This document shows, piece by piece, positions 1 through 13,491 of a DNA stretch of 64,000 nucleotides. The notes under the pieces are model-generated. The model was not told where the DNA came from. It was given only the letters and a program-made list of their open reading frames with translations, and did not search any database. This DNA comes from Octopus sinensis (Eukaryota), in assembly GCF_006345805.1 (NCBI RefSeq), contig NC_043000.1:122140001-122204000 (forward strand), in the 5' to 3' direction. Within the stretch, counting starts at the first letter, position 1. Each line of letters opens with the position of its first letter. Both the position numbers and the translations under genes were made by a program.

Positions 1-5
1 TATAC

Positions 6-36
<31 letters not shown>

Positions 37-82
37 CATATTATATATATACATATATATATATATGCATATATATATATAC

Positions 83-130
<48 letters not shown>

Positions 131-188
131 CATATATATATATACATATATATATATAACATATATATATATACATATATATATATAC

Positions 189-228
<40 letters not shown>

Positions 229-413
229 GCATATATATATATACATATATAATATATATACATATATATATTATATACATATATATATAATATATATTAT
301 ATATATATATATATATATACTATATATATATACATAATATATATATATATATATAATATATATATATATACATATATATAGATATATATATATATATATA
401 TACATATATATAT

Positions 414-447
<34 letters not shown>

Positions 448-450
448 ATA
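1..450. repeat. (TA)n-rich compound microsatellite
   Basis: Near-pure TA/TACA repeats; the Y/I-rich ORFs here are artefacts. Confidence 0.97.
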
Positions 451-605
451 TGACGGGCAACTTACAAATTCTTTCTGCCAAATCCAGTCACAATTATTTA
501 TTTGGCAAGAGACTATGCTAGAAGACACTTGCCCATGGTTTCACGTAGTGGTACTGAACCGTAATCATGTGGTTGGAAAGCAAGTAGCTTACCACACACC
601 CACCA
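451..605 (-). mobile_element. Degenerate 5' half of the composite tRNA-derived SINE
   Basis: gacgggc..ttct..ccaaatcca..tagaagacacttgccca..gtagtggtactgaacc..catgtggttggaaagcaagtagcttaccacac is the reverse complement of the SINE head seen at 31556 and 61500. Confidence 0.75.
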
Positions 606-630
606 TACATATATATATATATATATATGT

Positions 631-669
<39 letters not shown>

Positions 670-1058
670 TACATTTGTATATATACATATGTATATATAT
701 ATATGTATGTACATATCTAATGCATGAAAGTATACGCATATATGTGTGGATACCTGAATAACAATTACACGCAGGAACACATTTATTTTCAAATGTATAA
801 ACGAAAAAATAGTACTAAATATATGATGTTGATTTTGTAATCACATATCTTTCCGGTTGCCGATCAACCCATTATTACACGTGATTTGACATGTGTACGA
901 ATTCATAATAACTCAGACAGTGTATGTACACGTGTATGTAAATGTAATCATAAGAATATAATTGAACACATTCATAATGAAATATGATGTGCATCTATGC
1001 GGTAGTATATTTGAGATCTTAGTTATTACGTGCATATATGTGTGCGTGTATTTATATA

Positions 1059-1103
<45 letters not shown>

Positions 1104-1264
1104 GTGTGTGTGTGTGTGTATGTATATATTTATATTTATGTATATATATATATATTATATATAATTATATATATGCACTGTGTGTAAGTATGTATATATG
1201 CATGTGCGTATAAATGTATGTGTGTATGCATAGTTTTAAAGAATAACAAAAAGGAAGAAAGGAA

Positions 1265-1274
1265 GATAGGTAGG

Positions 1275-1332
<58 letters not shown>
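1265..1332. repeat. (AGAT)n microsatellite
   Basis: Direct reading. Confidence 0.97.
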
Positions 1333-3284
1333 TTTGTACGAAATACTTTCGTATTACTACACTGTATATGTGTAGTAGGTGAGGCATGCAGTTTTCTCCA
1401 CGTGTATGTGAGTATGTGCATTTGCAATGCTTCTGTGCGTGGCATGCGATCGTCTGCATTTACTTAGTATTAGCAATCTTCCACTAATTCCAACGTCAAA
1501 CGTAATTGATGTTATATCCGTCATTTGGCAAGATTCATGCAAGATGAGAGACGAGAACTGTCAAACTTATTATCCATCTTTCTGCTGGAATGAAATTAAC
1601 GTGCGAATCCATCAGCAGAATTTTGCTAAATCCGACCCCGTACGATGGAATATATTTCGAAATCTGCATTGCTGCAATTTGTCAATTATTATCTTCGGTC
1701 TAACTGACAAGTAGCTGTAATAAAACGCGGTTGCATCACATATTCCCCTTGAGATTGAACACAGTAGTCAGAGGTCATATTAAGTCTTTATATCTAAAAT
1801 ATGGTTTACTCTAAGTGTATCATAATTTTCCAAAGGCCAGCTTTTAATTCGTAACATACAAAATATGTTTCATAACAGATTTACGTTCATATACTGGCAT
1901 ATGTGAGTTATTTCATTATCTCTAAAATATGTCGAGCAATCACGATAAAGTGAAATGTTAAATGATGTTTGAAGATATAGTAAACCATTCTTTCTTAAAT
2001 GTAGGCTTCCTGTTAGTGATAGAAATTTTAGCCAAATATTTCAATAAAGGAAAGCATAATACTAAGCGCTTTTAGGAAAGTCCTTAGAATACAGACATAA
2101 AATACATTCACCTACGTTTTTGACCCTATAAATTCCGGGTTTAATGCCATCCTGGTCCCCTTTGTATTTTATTCTCCACGATGGACAAAATGAAGTACCA
2201 GTCAATTATTGTGGACAATACAACGTAAAAAGTACCTTCCGCCAAATTTAATTGTCTTGTATTAAATATGTTCCTAATATGTGTTATGTTATGTAAAAAT
2301 ATTGGAAAGGGATGAAGTAAGCGACAACGCAGCTTAGAAGTTTGGATACTGATTAATTAACAGAAATAGAAACATATATTCTACTATATAACGTCTTTGG
2401 TAATCCTTAAACCATTTGCCAGTTTTACTCTATGTATATGTAGCCCATCATCAATATACTACACCATACGTTTCTTTGAAATTAGTTGATAGAAACCTAG
2501 TACCCTCTACACAGTTACTTTTATATTTTCCATAGGCAGTGAACCGTTAAGTCTCGAACCAAATGGTTATTATCTCCGGTCTAACTGAATCCTCTGAGTT
2601 CTAAATCTGCGGAGTTGACTTCGTTTTTCATCCCTCAAGAAAAATGTAACGTTCATGCATTCGACAGTTGCTGCGTGACTATGGTTATTTGGTTATTATA
2701 AAATGAATGTATTCTATTAGATTATATCAAAGATAATTTGTTAGTATAAAAATCAATTATGAAGTTCAGATTTTCAATGTGTAAATTTTCTATTTCCAAA
2801 ATCTAGCAGTGTTCGCTTCGCTTAAGTCTTTCCCCTATGTAAAATGTATCGGTGGCATAGAGCTGTCTCTGAAAGCCAACCGTCCCAATGAAATATATAG
2901 AAATGCTAAGAATGCACTACAAGCATGGAAAATAAAGAATCATTGGGCATGCAATTATTTCATTTTTTCTGCACCAAGTCTCGATGCACAGGTTCTTTCC
3001 ACTACATGAAATTTTGAAATTTTGAAACTCTTACCATTGATGCAGCACATCAGAATGCCAGAACACTATCGAAGGATCCTATATAAACTTCTAAATCCTT
3101 GGTAGAACTCAGAAACAGACCTCCCTTAAATCCGTTGCTTGCGGCTTAAATAAACAAAGGACATGCTTGAAAATGTAATACGGTATAACCCCAAAGAGCT
3201 GAGATGATCACGATTAGAATGCTTCTGATAATACATTGACTCAGTCACTTCGGTCAGAATTTTCGATCAAGATTGCGTTCATTA

Positions 3285-3560
3285 TCGATCAACCGAATTA
3301 CGAATTTAATTAGCGTGTAAGTGACTGAGTATTCCGTAGACTCACTGAACCTTAATGCCACAATAACAATAACATGGTTGGACCTTTAAATTTCAGGTGC
3401 AATCCATCCAACGAGCTTCCATACACTCTTTGTTTAACAAATTTCAGGCACAAATTATCACATTCCACGAAGACACGTAACGAGACACATGTTCAACGTG
3501 TTGTGATTGTGAAATCAAACTAGTGATCGCTTCGTGACGAAGATAACATTTTAAACTTTC
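3285..3560 (-). mobile_element. Highly decayed copy of the SINE family seen at 59248-59569
   Basis: gatcaaccgaattacgaatttaattagcgtgtaagtgactgagtattccgtagac aligns by eye with gatcaacggaacagcttgctcgtgaaattaacgtgcaaatggctgagcattccacagac. Confidence 0.45.
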
Positions 3561-5239
3561 AGCTATATTGAGCCGCCTAAACTAAGCAACAACGTAAATA
3601 TTTATTACAAGAGATACAACGCAGAAGAGCTCGAACCTAAAAGTGCAACGTCTGTGAGGTCACTGGAACAATAAAAATAGTAGAAAAGTCTTATTTAAAT
3701 CCTACACCAATATCATAAATTACTAAGGAAAGATTGGTTACCATAGGCCTGGATATATTATGCTAAGGAAGATCAGACGGTTGTTCCAGGGATGGAAAGG
3801 AGAGTTACCATTCCTATGGAAACCCTTTGAAAACAAGAGAGATTAATAACATAAATGTTCCTCTAAAGCAAGTGCAAAGATGCGTGTAAATACTATGAAG
3901 GAGGATGTCATAAATGAAGGGTTTCTGATAAGGATGGACTGGGTACAGGTGTTAGTGCGAGATGTGGGAAATTACACCAAACAAGCATAAAGTGAGGAGA
4001 ATTGAGACGGGAATTCCTGAGTACAGAGGTCATGAACTCAAGCAAATCAGAAGATTAGAGGCCATTATGCTACTATAGTTGTGGTAGAAAGGCTGAGAGA
4101 GGTAAGCGTGAGATACAAATGCTTTTTCTCTCCAAGTCTCAAACATCATGCCGCTTAATAACATGCAATATGTAGAGGGATGTAGTAGTTCTGAGTAAAT
4201 GAGACCAATATATAACTAAAGTACATGATTTAGGTTTCACTGAAATTTTAACTTGATTCCTATTTACCATATTATGCTTCAGCAGGCTTATCCTGCCTTC
4301 CCCATTATCAAAGCAATAAAATTACAACAACGTCATCATATAATGTTGCAGAAATCAATGACTAGTTGTATAAAAGCTACGCAAGTTGCAATAATTTTAA
4401 AGAGAAGTGAAAATTATATAAATCAATTTTCCTCTGGATTATGAGCTGACGTGAGGTTATTTTTCAAGATCAACCTAGTATATCGGAATGAATAAATAAT
4501 GCCAAACACTTCAAAATACAAAGGCAATAATACATATCAGTCTCCTCACATTAGTATTGTAATATTGTCTCACCAGGAATTTAATACTTGACACCTGAAC
4601 AGATTTTACAACGCCATTATCATTAAACCGCGTGTTTGCCCTCGTTATGGGAACAGGAATCGTAATATGAGTTATTTCCTAAGTCATAGCAAATATATAT
4701 ATCTCAGCAATTTCATTGATTGGGCAACAACTGATATGTCCTCCGCAGTTCTTCGCTATTTAATTCTCACTCTTTACTGCAAAAGTTAAAATATTTTCTT
4801 TGCTTTGTAGGCGGGTCAAAATGTATCCGTCAATAATGTTTGGAGATATTCGCGTGAAGAGAATATTTTGGTGTTTGATAGCAACAGCTCTCGTATGGAC
4901 GAGCACACTGGATCTCAACTTACTCATCTCTAACTCACAGACTTTTCACATCCACATCACAGTAACTGCGTTTGCTTCTCTGCCAACCTTGATAAGCGGC
5001 TAGGAGACTGGTATAGGAGATGGATGTCGCCAATCTTTACCCCAGCCAAATGAAGTTCAATCATGGACACACTGTCATGGCATAATTTTCTAGATCTCTT
5101 AAAATTTACTTACTAGAAATCAACGATCACAATTTGCTCTATTATTTTTCAGAGTTGATACTAGTGAAGGGTCAATTACAAAGACCCTGATATCAACAAC
5201 CATCGTCTTTAACTCTCTTCTGTCTTTGCCTTTAACCCG

Positions 5240-5600
5240 CCAGTGCGGAGTATAGGCCACTTATAATTGAATTCCATGTCGCATAATTTTTCGCTTCTGT
5301 ACTTATACTCTGCCATAAATGTCCCCCTTTCTCTAGTTCCTTTTGTATTGATCTACGCCATGAGTTCTTAGGCCTACCCTTCCTTCTATATTCATCCGGC
5401 TTCCACTGTAAAGCACTTTTCGCTACATTTGGTGTGTCTTTTCTAATTTTGCTACCAATCCACTTTCACTTTTTCTTCAATATTTGCTCCCTAATCGAAA
5501 CTTGATTTGTTCTTTGCCATAGGTCCATATTGCTTGTATCCTGGCCATCTAATTTTACGTATACTACGCAAGCATCTGTTGAATGATTGTATTGGCTTAT
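5240..5600 (-). pseudogene. RTE-clade LINE 3' end (RT C-terminus) fragment
   Basis: Minus-strand translation across a frameshift/stop: NRCLRSIRKIRWPG..SNMDLWQRTNQVSIREQILKKK*KWIG..ALQWKPDEYRRKGRPKNSWRRSIQKEL, typical of the RTE C-terminal motifs (CLRxILxIxWPD, WIGH, WxPxGxRxRGRPKxTWRR). Confidence 0.75.
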
Positions 5601-5779
5601 TTGACTTAACTGTTGTCTTCTCGAACTACAGTACTACATTTCATAAACAGACAGTCCTATCTCCGTACGGTTGCCACTTGTAATAGGAAGAAAGGACCAC
5701 ATGAACATATCAAATATGCATGGGAAATATTTAAGATAGTTGAAAATAGGTAAACTGAATATGGAGAATTCACCACAGA

Positions 5780-7900
5780 TGAAAGACAGAAAATATGGTA
5801 CAGAAGAGGTGACGCTTCAACGTCACCGAAAGCAGAATAAACTCAGGCGCATACTGCACAGTGGTGTACTGTTGGCTCATTACCTGATATATTATACAAA
5901 TGTATGCTCTGACTCTTGAATATGACAGTGATACAAGTGAAGAGAAGACATCATGAAAGATATCAAGACATCTCATCAGAAAGCAATCTTCATCGTCTCC
6001 GGAATTTTGAATACCAAAATCGGTCAATAATGCATAAAATCCGTGGGTTTGGATATTGGATGAAATAATTGACTTTTAGAATTTTCGGAAGTCGAAAACC
6101 TGCAGAAATGAACACTTTGCTACCACAGAAGATGTACACTAAATGCCACCATTCATAACTTCATATTCCCATCTCTAAAATTCCAAGCCAAAACTATGAT
6201 TGTCATTTCCCAGTTCAGATGTCACTTTCGTAAATACATGTTGAGGTTGACAAACAACTTTAAACCGAAAAAAACCCCATAAACAAAGAACTCCATATTT
6301 AAGATGCATAGTGAATAATTTCAATGTTCGACAGGCTGCAGCAATCTCTCGTCTCACGTTAGTAGCCGGGTTTCTGACTTCAGTTCTGTGACCTACAATA
6401 TCAAGTAACCACTTCATGAATAAGCTTTACAAGTGCTAATGTTAAGACAAATCTAATTGCAACTATGGGTCTTCGATGACATCCTAGCGTTATGTGATAA
6501 TAGACGATGTCTAAAGAGAAAATTAGTAAATGTGGAAGCAACTAATTGAATACGTGCTGTGAATAAGAACATGAGAACGAAAATGAATGATATCAAGTGA
6601 AAGTGATTCACAATACTTCTGAATATAGGGTAGGACAAGAGCAATGTTCATCTTGTGATATTAAAAGACGATGGCTATTTTTAGAAGATGACCTAAGTAT
6701 CACATAAAAAGTTAGTTATGAACAATTTGGATATCACCAATCTGGTGGATGCGATGCAAGAACTAACACTCGCGAAATTAGGATTATTATAGTGCTACAG
6801 AAGAAAGCGTGACGCTACATCTTGAAATAGGATGTGACAGAAATAAGGACGGCAATAACAAGCAACTGCACAAGTAAATAGAAACGCACGAGAAAAACAA
6901 ATACAATCCTTGGTGAAACTCATTCCCAAAAATAAGAGAACCATTGATTTATTTCGTCATCTTAGTAATGTAATATTAAGAGTTCTTTTAAATGAACTGA
7001 AGAATAAGTATTATTCAAAGGATTATATCAGCGCAGATATTTGTCATCTGAGTGTTGATACTGCGTGGTCACAGTCAAGAACAGTGACAGCCCTATAACT
7101 TAAATGATGTTAAATATTGTTGGCTGATTTTGACATGGTGGTTTGTGGCGAATAACATAGGATTTCAAATTCCACAACAACATATTTCAAATGATTTAAG
7201 CAATGCATGAACATTTATAAAATGCAGTAATCCGAAAGTACAGCGGAGCCTTTTCCAAAACGATGGCTAACATTTTCATTATGTGTAGGCACCATTATTT
7301 GGGAACCCTTCGGGATTTCTGCGCCTCTTTTTCTGTAGGGAAAAGACTCTTTAGCAAAATAGTTTATGCCAATATTAATCACCTAATGGAAGACGACGAA
7401 GCAAGTTTCCAGAAAAATCATCTTCAAACTGGGAACAAGGTAAGAGTCAGTTTAGAAGAATTATACATTTTGCTGGATGAATAAAGAAACGAAACTTGTC
7501 GAACTGTATAGACTTAACTTAAATAAACTTAAACAATTTAATGATAAAGACTCAATAAAGAAGATAAACGTATGACTTAGTTTGATTTGATTCGCTGTGA
7601 CAAAGTTGGATGTTTTCCAAGAAGTCTTAAAATGTATGACAACCCAGAGACAGTAGTCTGCTTGTCGGTTGTGAAAGCTGAATACTCATACATGACACGG
7701 AACACACAGGGTGGTCGCTAGAAACTCTTGAAGCAAAACTAACAAGCATTAAATGGACCATCAGCAAACTGTATGATTGGTGGTGTCTGTTGTTTCTGTT
7801 ATCGAACATTTTGAACATTGTGAGTGCTAATATGCTATTACGCTTTGTGGCGCTTATTGTTTGACTCAAATAGATCTTGGGAAAAATATAAAACGGCATT
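5780..7900 (+). pseudogene. Decayed RTE-clade LINE (APE endonuclease plus RT remnants)
   Basis: Collinear broken motifs: IIQMYALTLEYDSD (~IIQVYAPT), IFIVSGILNTKIG (~GDFNAKIG), ILALCDNRRCLK, NKRTIDLFRHLSNVILRVLLNEL (~NYRTISLISHxSKVML), FSVGKRLFSKIVYANINHL (~SIGGRxISNLRFADD); many stops and frameshifts. Confidence 0.75.
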
Positions 7901-8363
7901 GTACGCGTCGGAGCAAAAGTGATTCAGAAGAATGTAGCTTATCTCAAATACAGCATAAGGCAGACGCTACGACGCTAAATGTGCAGGCAGATAAGAAGCT
8001 TTCCTTACTGAAATGAAACAATAGTAGCGCACATGCTTTGGATATGTATTCCGGCAAACATCTTTCAAAATATTTCTCCGAAATGCAGCTGCAAGTGGGG
8101 GAAGAATGGCATCGTCCAAGAACGTATTGCTTGGATATTATTCAAGACCTTCCGCCTTGCTGAATCTATTCCTCTCCGGGTCTTACCACAGCCAATTTCT
8201 TTCAGATATAAAAGAGATGTTTTATTTATTGAAACTGAAGGAAGAGATATAGATAAAAACTTGACGTGAGTTGAACTCAGAGCGCAGGGAGACGGAACAA
8301 AAAGTGACAATCTAAAAACACTGCCTAATCGCCAAAAACACACACACAATGTATGTACACTCG

Positions 8364-8394
<31 letters not shown>

Positions 8395-8454
8395 CTATAC
8401 ACGTACATACATTCATATATACATTCACACATACACACATACAGATGGATTGCT

Positions 8455-8549
8455 AGATAGAGAGACAGACAAGTAGATAGATAGATAGGTAGATAGACAG
8501 ATAAATAGACAGATAGATAGATAGTAAGATACACAGACAGATAGACAGG

Positions 8550-8627
<78 letters not shown>

Positions 8628-8630
8628 CTA
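8455..8630. repeat. (AGAT)n/(AGAC)n microsatellite
   Basis: Direct reading. Confidence 0.95.
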
Positions 8631-9106
8631 GATGTATAGCCCGTCATTCCCAGGCAATTTTACAATAGAATGTCATAATTTTTTTGTTATTTCATGTCAG
8701 ACCATACTTTCCCCGAGAGATAGGCCTCTTGATCAGGATAGATTTGTGCAATTTTTCGCATATGCTTCGCTGATGATTTTTTTTTTTTTTCCTTTTTAAA
8801 TTATTTACATGTCTGTTCGACCGTTTCACATGACTTTATTCATTAAAACTTATTAAAACTTCAGAAGCTCTTACAACTTTTCTTGTCGTAATGTCTTGCT
8901 TTCGTTTGTTGTTTAATAAAAATTCCTCCTCGTAATAATTTTGATTTCATTTTGTGGTACACCCCTATCATACAATTAATACCAGCTTCCGAATCCTGCT
9001 CTCTGATTGGGTAAATAGCTTAAACTTTAAACCTCTGCAACATTTTTCTGCAATTTTTCCGGAACAAATAAATAACAAAATCATATTTAACATACAAACA
9101 CACGCG

Positions 9107-9137
<31 letters not shown>

Positions 9138-9243
9138 CAAGACGCGCACACAGGTAATCACTAGTTTAAAATGGTATATAGTTGACATTTGTATGTATGT
9201 ATGTATGTATGTATGTATGTATGTATGTATGTATGTACGCATG

Positions 9244-9302
<59 letters not shown>

Positions 9303-10429
9303 ATTTATGTATGCATGTATGTTTGTGTTTCTGTGAGTGTTTCTTTGCGATGAACATCCGAAAAGCCACTTACCCCATCTCCTTCAAGCTATGTATTCCT
9401 CACACGCACCTTTCTGCTCTTTCTCGTCGTTTTAAAAGTTAGCTATGTGTATGCACATGTTTGTGTGTGCGTGTGTCTGTAGTCTGTGTATGAGTGTGCG
9501 TGTGTGTGCATGCATGTATCAATGTATTTACGAAAGTATGCACGCAGCGTCACGTGTATATCCGTGAATGACAGCTGTACTAACGTTAATATCCCACTGC
9601 CACTCCATATTTGTCGCTTACACAACACTGTACTCTCCTTCCCTGGTATCAGCCACACTCACTATACCACCGCATTTCCCTCACATTTACAATGTTTACA
9701 CCCTTCTCATTTTATCGTATAAGCGTCCAGCCTCCCTAGCGGGCCCATTCTACGTGTTTGTTGGACTATAATTGAACTAGATTTTAGTTTATCATGCAGG
9801 CAAAGTTTCATCGGTGCTAATAAAAAATCTCACAAAAATATCAGAAGCCAATGGAAAATGTCAACACTAAAGTCGGGACTGCATGCTTCATGTCATCAGC
9901 TGTAAGTATCCACAATCAGCTTATGCTTAACCAAATTTCCTCGTTACTAATACAGAAAAAAAAAAACAGTATTAATCAGTCACTGGTGTCACAAATGGCT
10001 GGCAGTGTGTACAACATTGATTATGATAAAAGTAGTATTTGTAGCAAATGATAAGCTGTACATCCACTTTAACATTAGGAAACGTTTAAAAAAAAACCAG
10101 CAGCATCTGCCTTAATGGAGCAAGGAAACAAAGGGGTTAAGATTTTCTCGTGATGTGATCAGTCTGATACGCTCTCAGTAAGATGTCAGAAAACGTGTCA
10201 CGCACCAAGCAAAAACATTTGACGCGCAACTTTCTTTTCAACTCTCTCATGGGATATACTGAAAGTATTGGCTATTTGATTTATTGTCAAGCGCCTGTCA
10301 TTCATCACCGAGTGGTGAACATGATCACTGTTTTTCTCGCTGATGACAGTTGAAGGACATCCAGACCCTGTATCATTTTCAAGATTCTCCTACCGATCCT
10401 GAATTTAGTTTCACACTTTTGTGCTCATG

Positions 10430-10722
10430 ATAAAGCTAGAGTATTATCTGTTGATTTAGCAACCATATCAGCATAGATATTGTTGGGGAATAAACCTCTT
10501 TTCTGCAGATACTATGTAACACCATGATGCCAAAGTTCGCCCGTTCTCAAGAGAAGACGTCACTAATTGCTTTTGTAAACTTCCTTATATAATCAGATGC
10601 CACCTTACCAAGCAAAAGACAATAACGTTATTGGGAAGATGGGTTGAAATTCATGCAGGTTTTCAAAACTATAGCAACACTACGTCATAGTCAATCTATG
10701 AACTATTCGGCCCCCCTCCTAC
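10430..10722 (+). mobile_element. Possible mariner-like right-end relic
   Basis: Ends in aactattcggccccccctccta, which resembles a mariner TIR plus TA; weak similarity of KVRPFSREDV..ITLLGRWVEIHAGFQNY to a mariner C-terminus. Confidence 0.3.
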
Positions 10723-12374
10723 AAGCATTCACATACATGTATGTGTCTCTGTCTGTATGTGTGAGTGTGGATGTATGTCTGTGTGTGTGAGGGGCGTACG
10801 TCGTTATTATTTACCTCTACTTTTTGTTTCAATGTACTGCGGTCAGGCTACATCATCTTGCTTGCTTTAGTCATTCAAATCAAAACAAGTAATCGTTTTT
10901 GTGCTGTAATTTTCACACAACTCTGCTTTGCTGAATCGCTAGGTTGTAAGGACATAAGCACAGATACACATGTTATCTAGCGATGAACAATAAAGGCAAA
11001 CACGCAAATAAGCTCACACATATACAAATCCGTACATACTACACTACATGCGTTCATGTACATATATATGTATCTACAAATATATATATGTGTATGATCC
11101 GGATGTACATATGCACATGTGTTTGTATCTGTGACTTGGTCGCCATACGGATGACATTAAACCTGTAACAATCTCTTGAAATTAAAATATTATCACAAAA
11201 TCTTGGAACAAAAGTTCACTAACCAACTCCGATTCTAACCGTATATTCCTGTCAGCAGTGTAATCGCTAACATCAACGAAACCACATCGATAACAACCAT
11301 ATATATAACTTCAACCATCAATTTTCTATATTCCACTTATAAATACAGTCGGGGGTCATTGCTTTAGTTCTCATATTAACTTTTAACTTTGCTCCGTTAA
11401 ATTAATATCTCTATAGAGATAAAAGCACGTGTAGGTGAGAGATATCATCAACTCCTACTCAAAAGGAAACTATACTGTTAAAACCGATTAAAATTTGTCC
11501 CTGGTCAACAGTTAATATATCTCTATATCTCTGTCATCATGAGATTACTTGATTCAAATATTCAATTCAATATGTCCCCTTGTATACACACATACGTTCC
11601 TAAATATATACGTACATATACATAAACGCATGCATACATATATACAAAGATATGTTCATATATATATATATATATATGTATATGTATATATATATACATA
11701 TATATATATATGTATATTTATATATATATATATATATAATATATATATATAATATATATATATATTATATCTATATGTGTATATATATATACACACTCAG
11801 AGAAACACACTTATAATTTTACACGTACGTGCAGCAAGTGCATAATCTACGTACGCAAAATCATACACACACACACGTGTGCGCATTCACAGACGCGTGG
11901 ACGTATATTAGCATACATGTACGCACGTATAAATGCATGGATCTATTGAAGTACGCAACGGTTTATATGTAGACGCCTAAATTTGTGAACTTGCATACTC
12001 ATATACGTACAGATGCAGTCATGTATACATACACAAGAACAAACACTTATATTCATAAATGTATGCACATTCGGGCATTCATATTTGGTCGGATATACAC
12101 AGACATGTAGCCTTTCCTTTAAGTAACAAAATATAGTAATACACACGTGAACATGCACACATACTCACGTATGCACGTTATGTGTATGGTATGTATAAAT
12201 AGATTTACATATATAGATATACATGATCGATATACATGATCGATATACATATATATATTTATATGTATAATTGTATATAAATGCACATATGTATACCTAT
12301 ATATACATACATGTATATACTTAAATATATAAATATATATATATATGCATAATATATGTAAGTATGCTCATATA

Positions 12375-12417
<43 letters not shown>

Positions 12418-12511
12418 GGTTATATGTGCATATACATACTAATAATTTTGTATATATATATATTTATATTTGTATGTACACACACACACACACACAAACA
12501 TATATATATAG

Positions 12512-12544
<33 letters not shown>

Positions 12545-12589
12545 GTGAACGAAGATAAGAGATAAAAACAAGTAATGGAGTCTAGTTAG

Positions 12590-13050
12590 ATTCTTAACAA
12601 CATCTAGTGAATATGGGAAATGTAATTCTGTCCCTTCCATAATACTACCCGAAAATTCTTCGATAGTTCCATTTAATGAAGATTCTCATTCCAGCTATGC
12701 AACATCTTGATTAAAAGTCAATAAAATGCCGGTGAGTATGGATGTTACGAGATATTAAAACATTTTCCTTTCAATGTATAAGTTTTATGAAATTGTCTGC
12801 ATCTTCTGTTAAACAGCGTCCATTTTGAACCTGATAATCAACTCGTCTGGCTCATTCTATCTGTTGCTTTCTGAATTTCTAGTTCTGCTGCTTCATTGCC
12901 TTCAAATCACTTTGTCCTTCTCTCCCTCTTTGCTTTCACTTTCTTCAACACTTGGTAATAAATTTGAGTGAATTCAATTGAAATCTTTTCTCTCCGTATC
13001 GTCTTCTATTTATCTCTTTATATCTGCTGAGACATGTTTCCACTCTGCTG
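12590..13050 (-). pseudogene. Possible RTE-like RT N-terminal relic
   Basis: Minus strand gives ELEIQKATDRM.. and WNYRRIF (~NYRGISL); heavily decayed. Confidence 0.3.
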
Positions 13051-13276
13051 CTTATGACATATGAGGTAACAATGGACAAGGTTACAAACTCATACATAAG
13101 ATGAAATGTTAAATGCACTAAGACCAAATGTATGCATGGGTATACCAGCCTCGATATATACATGTTTGTGTGTGCGTGATGAGAGTGTGTCCGCAGATGA
13201 GTCTGTGAATATCAATTATGCATGAATGTATGTACGCATACATACCTAGACATACAAACGCACACACATACACACA

Positions 13277-13360
<84 letters not shown>

Positions 13361-13437
13361 TATATATATATACATATATATATATGTATGTATGTATGTA
13401 TGTATATCATACAAATTTGCAGATGTATAAATGTGTA

Positions 13438-13491
<54 letters not shown>

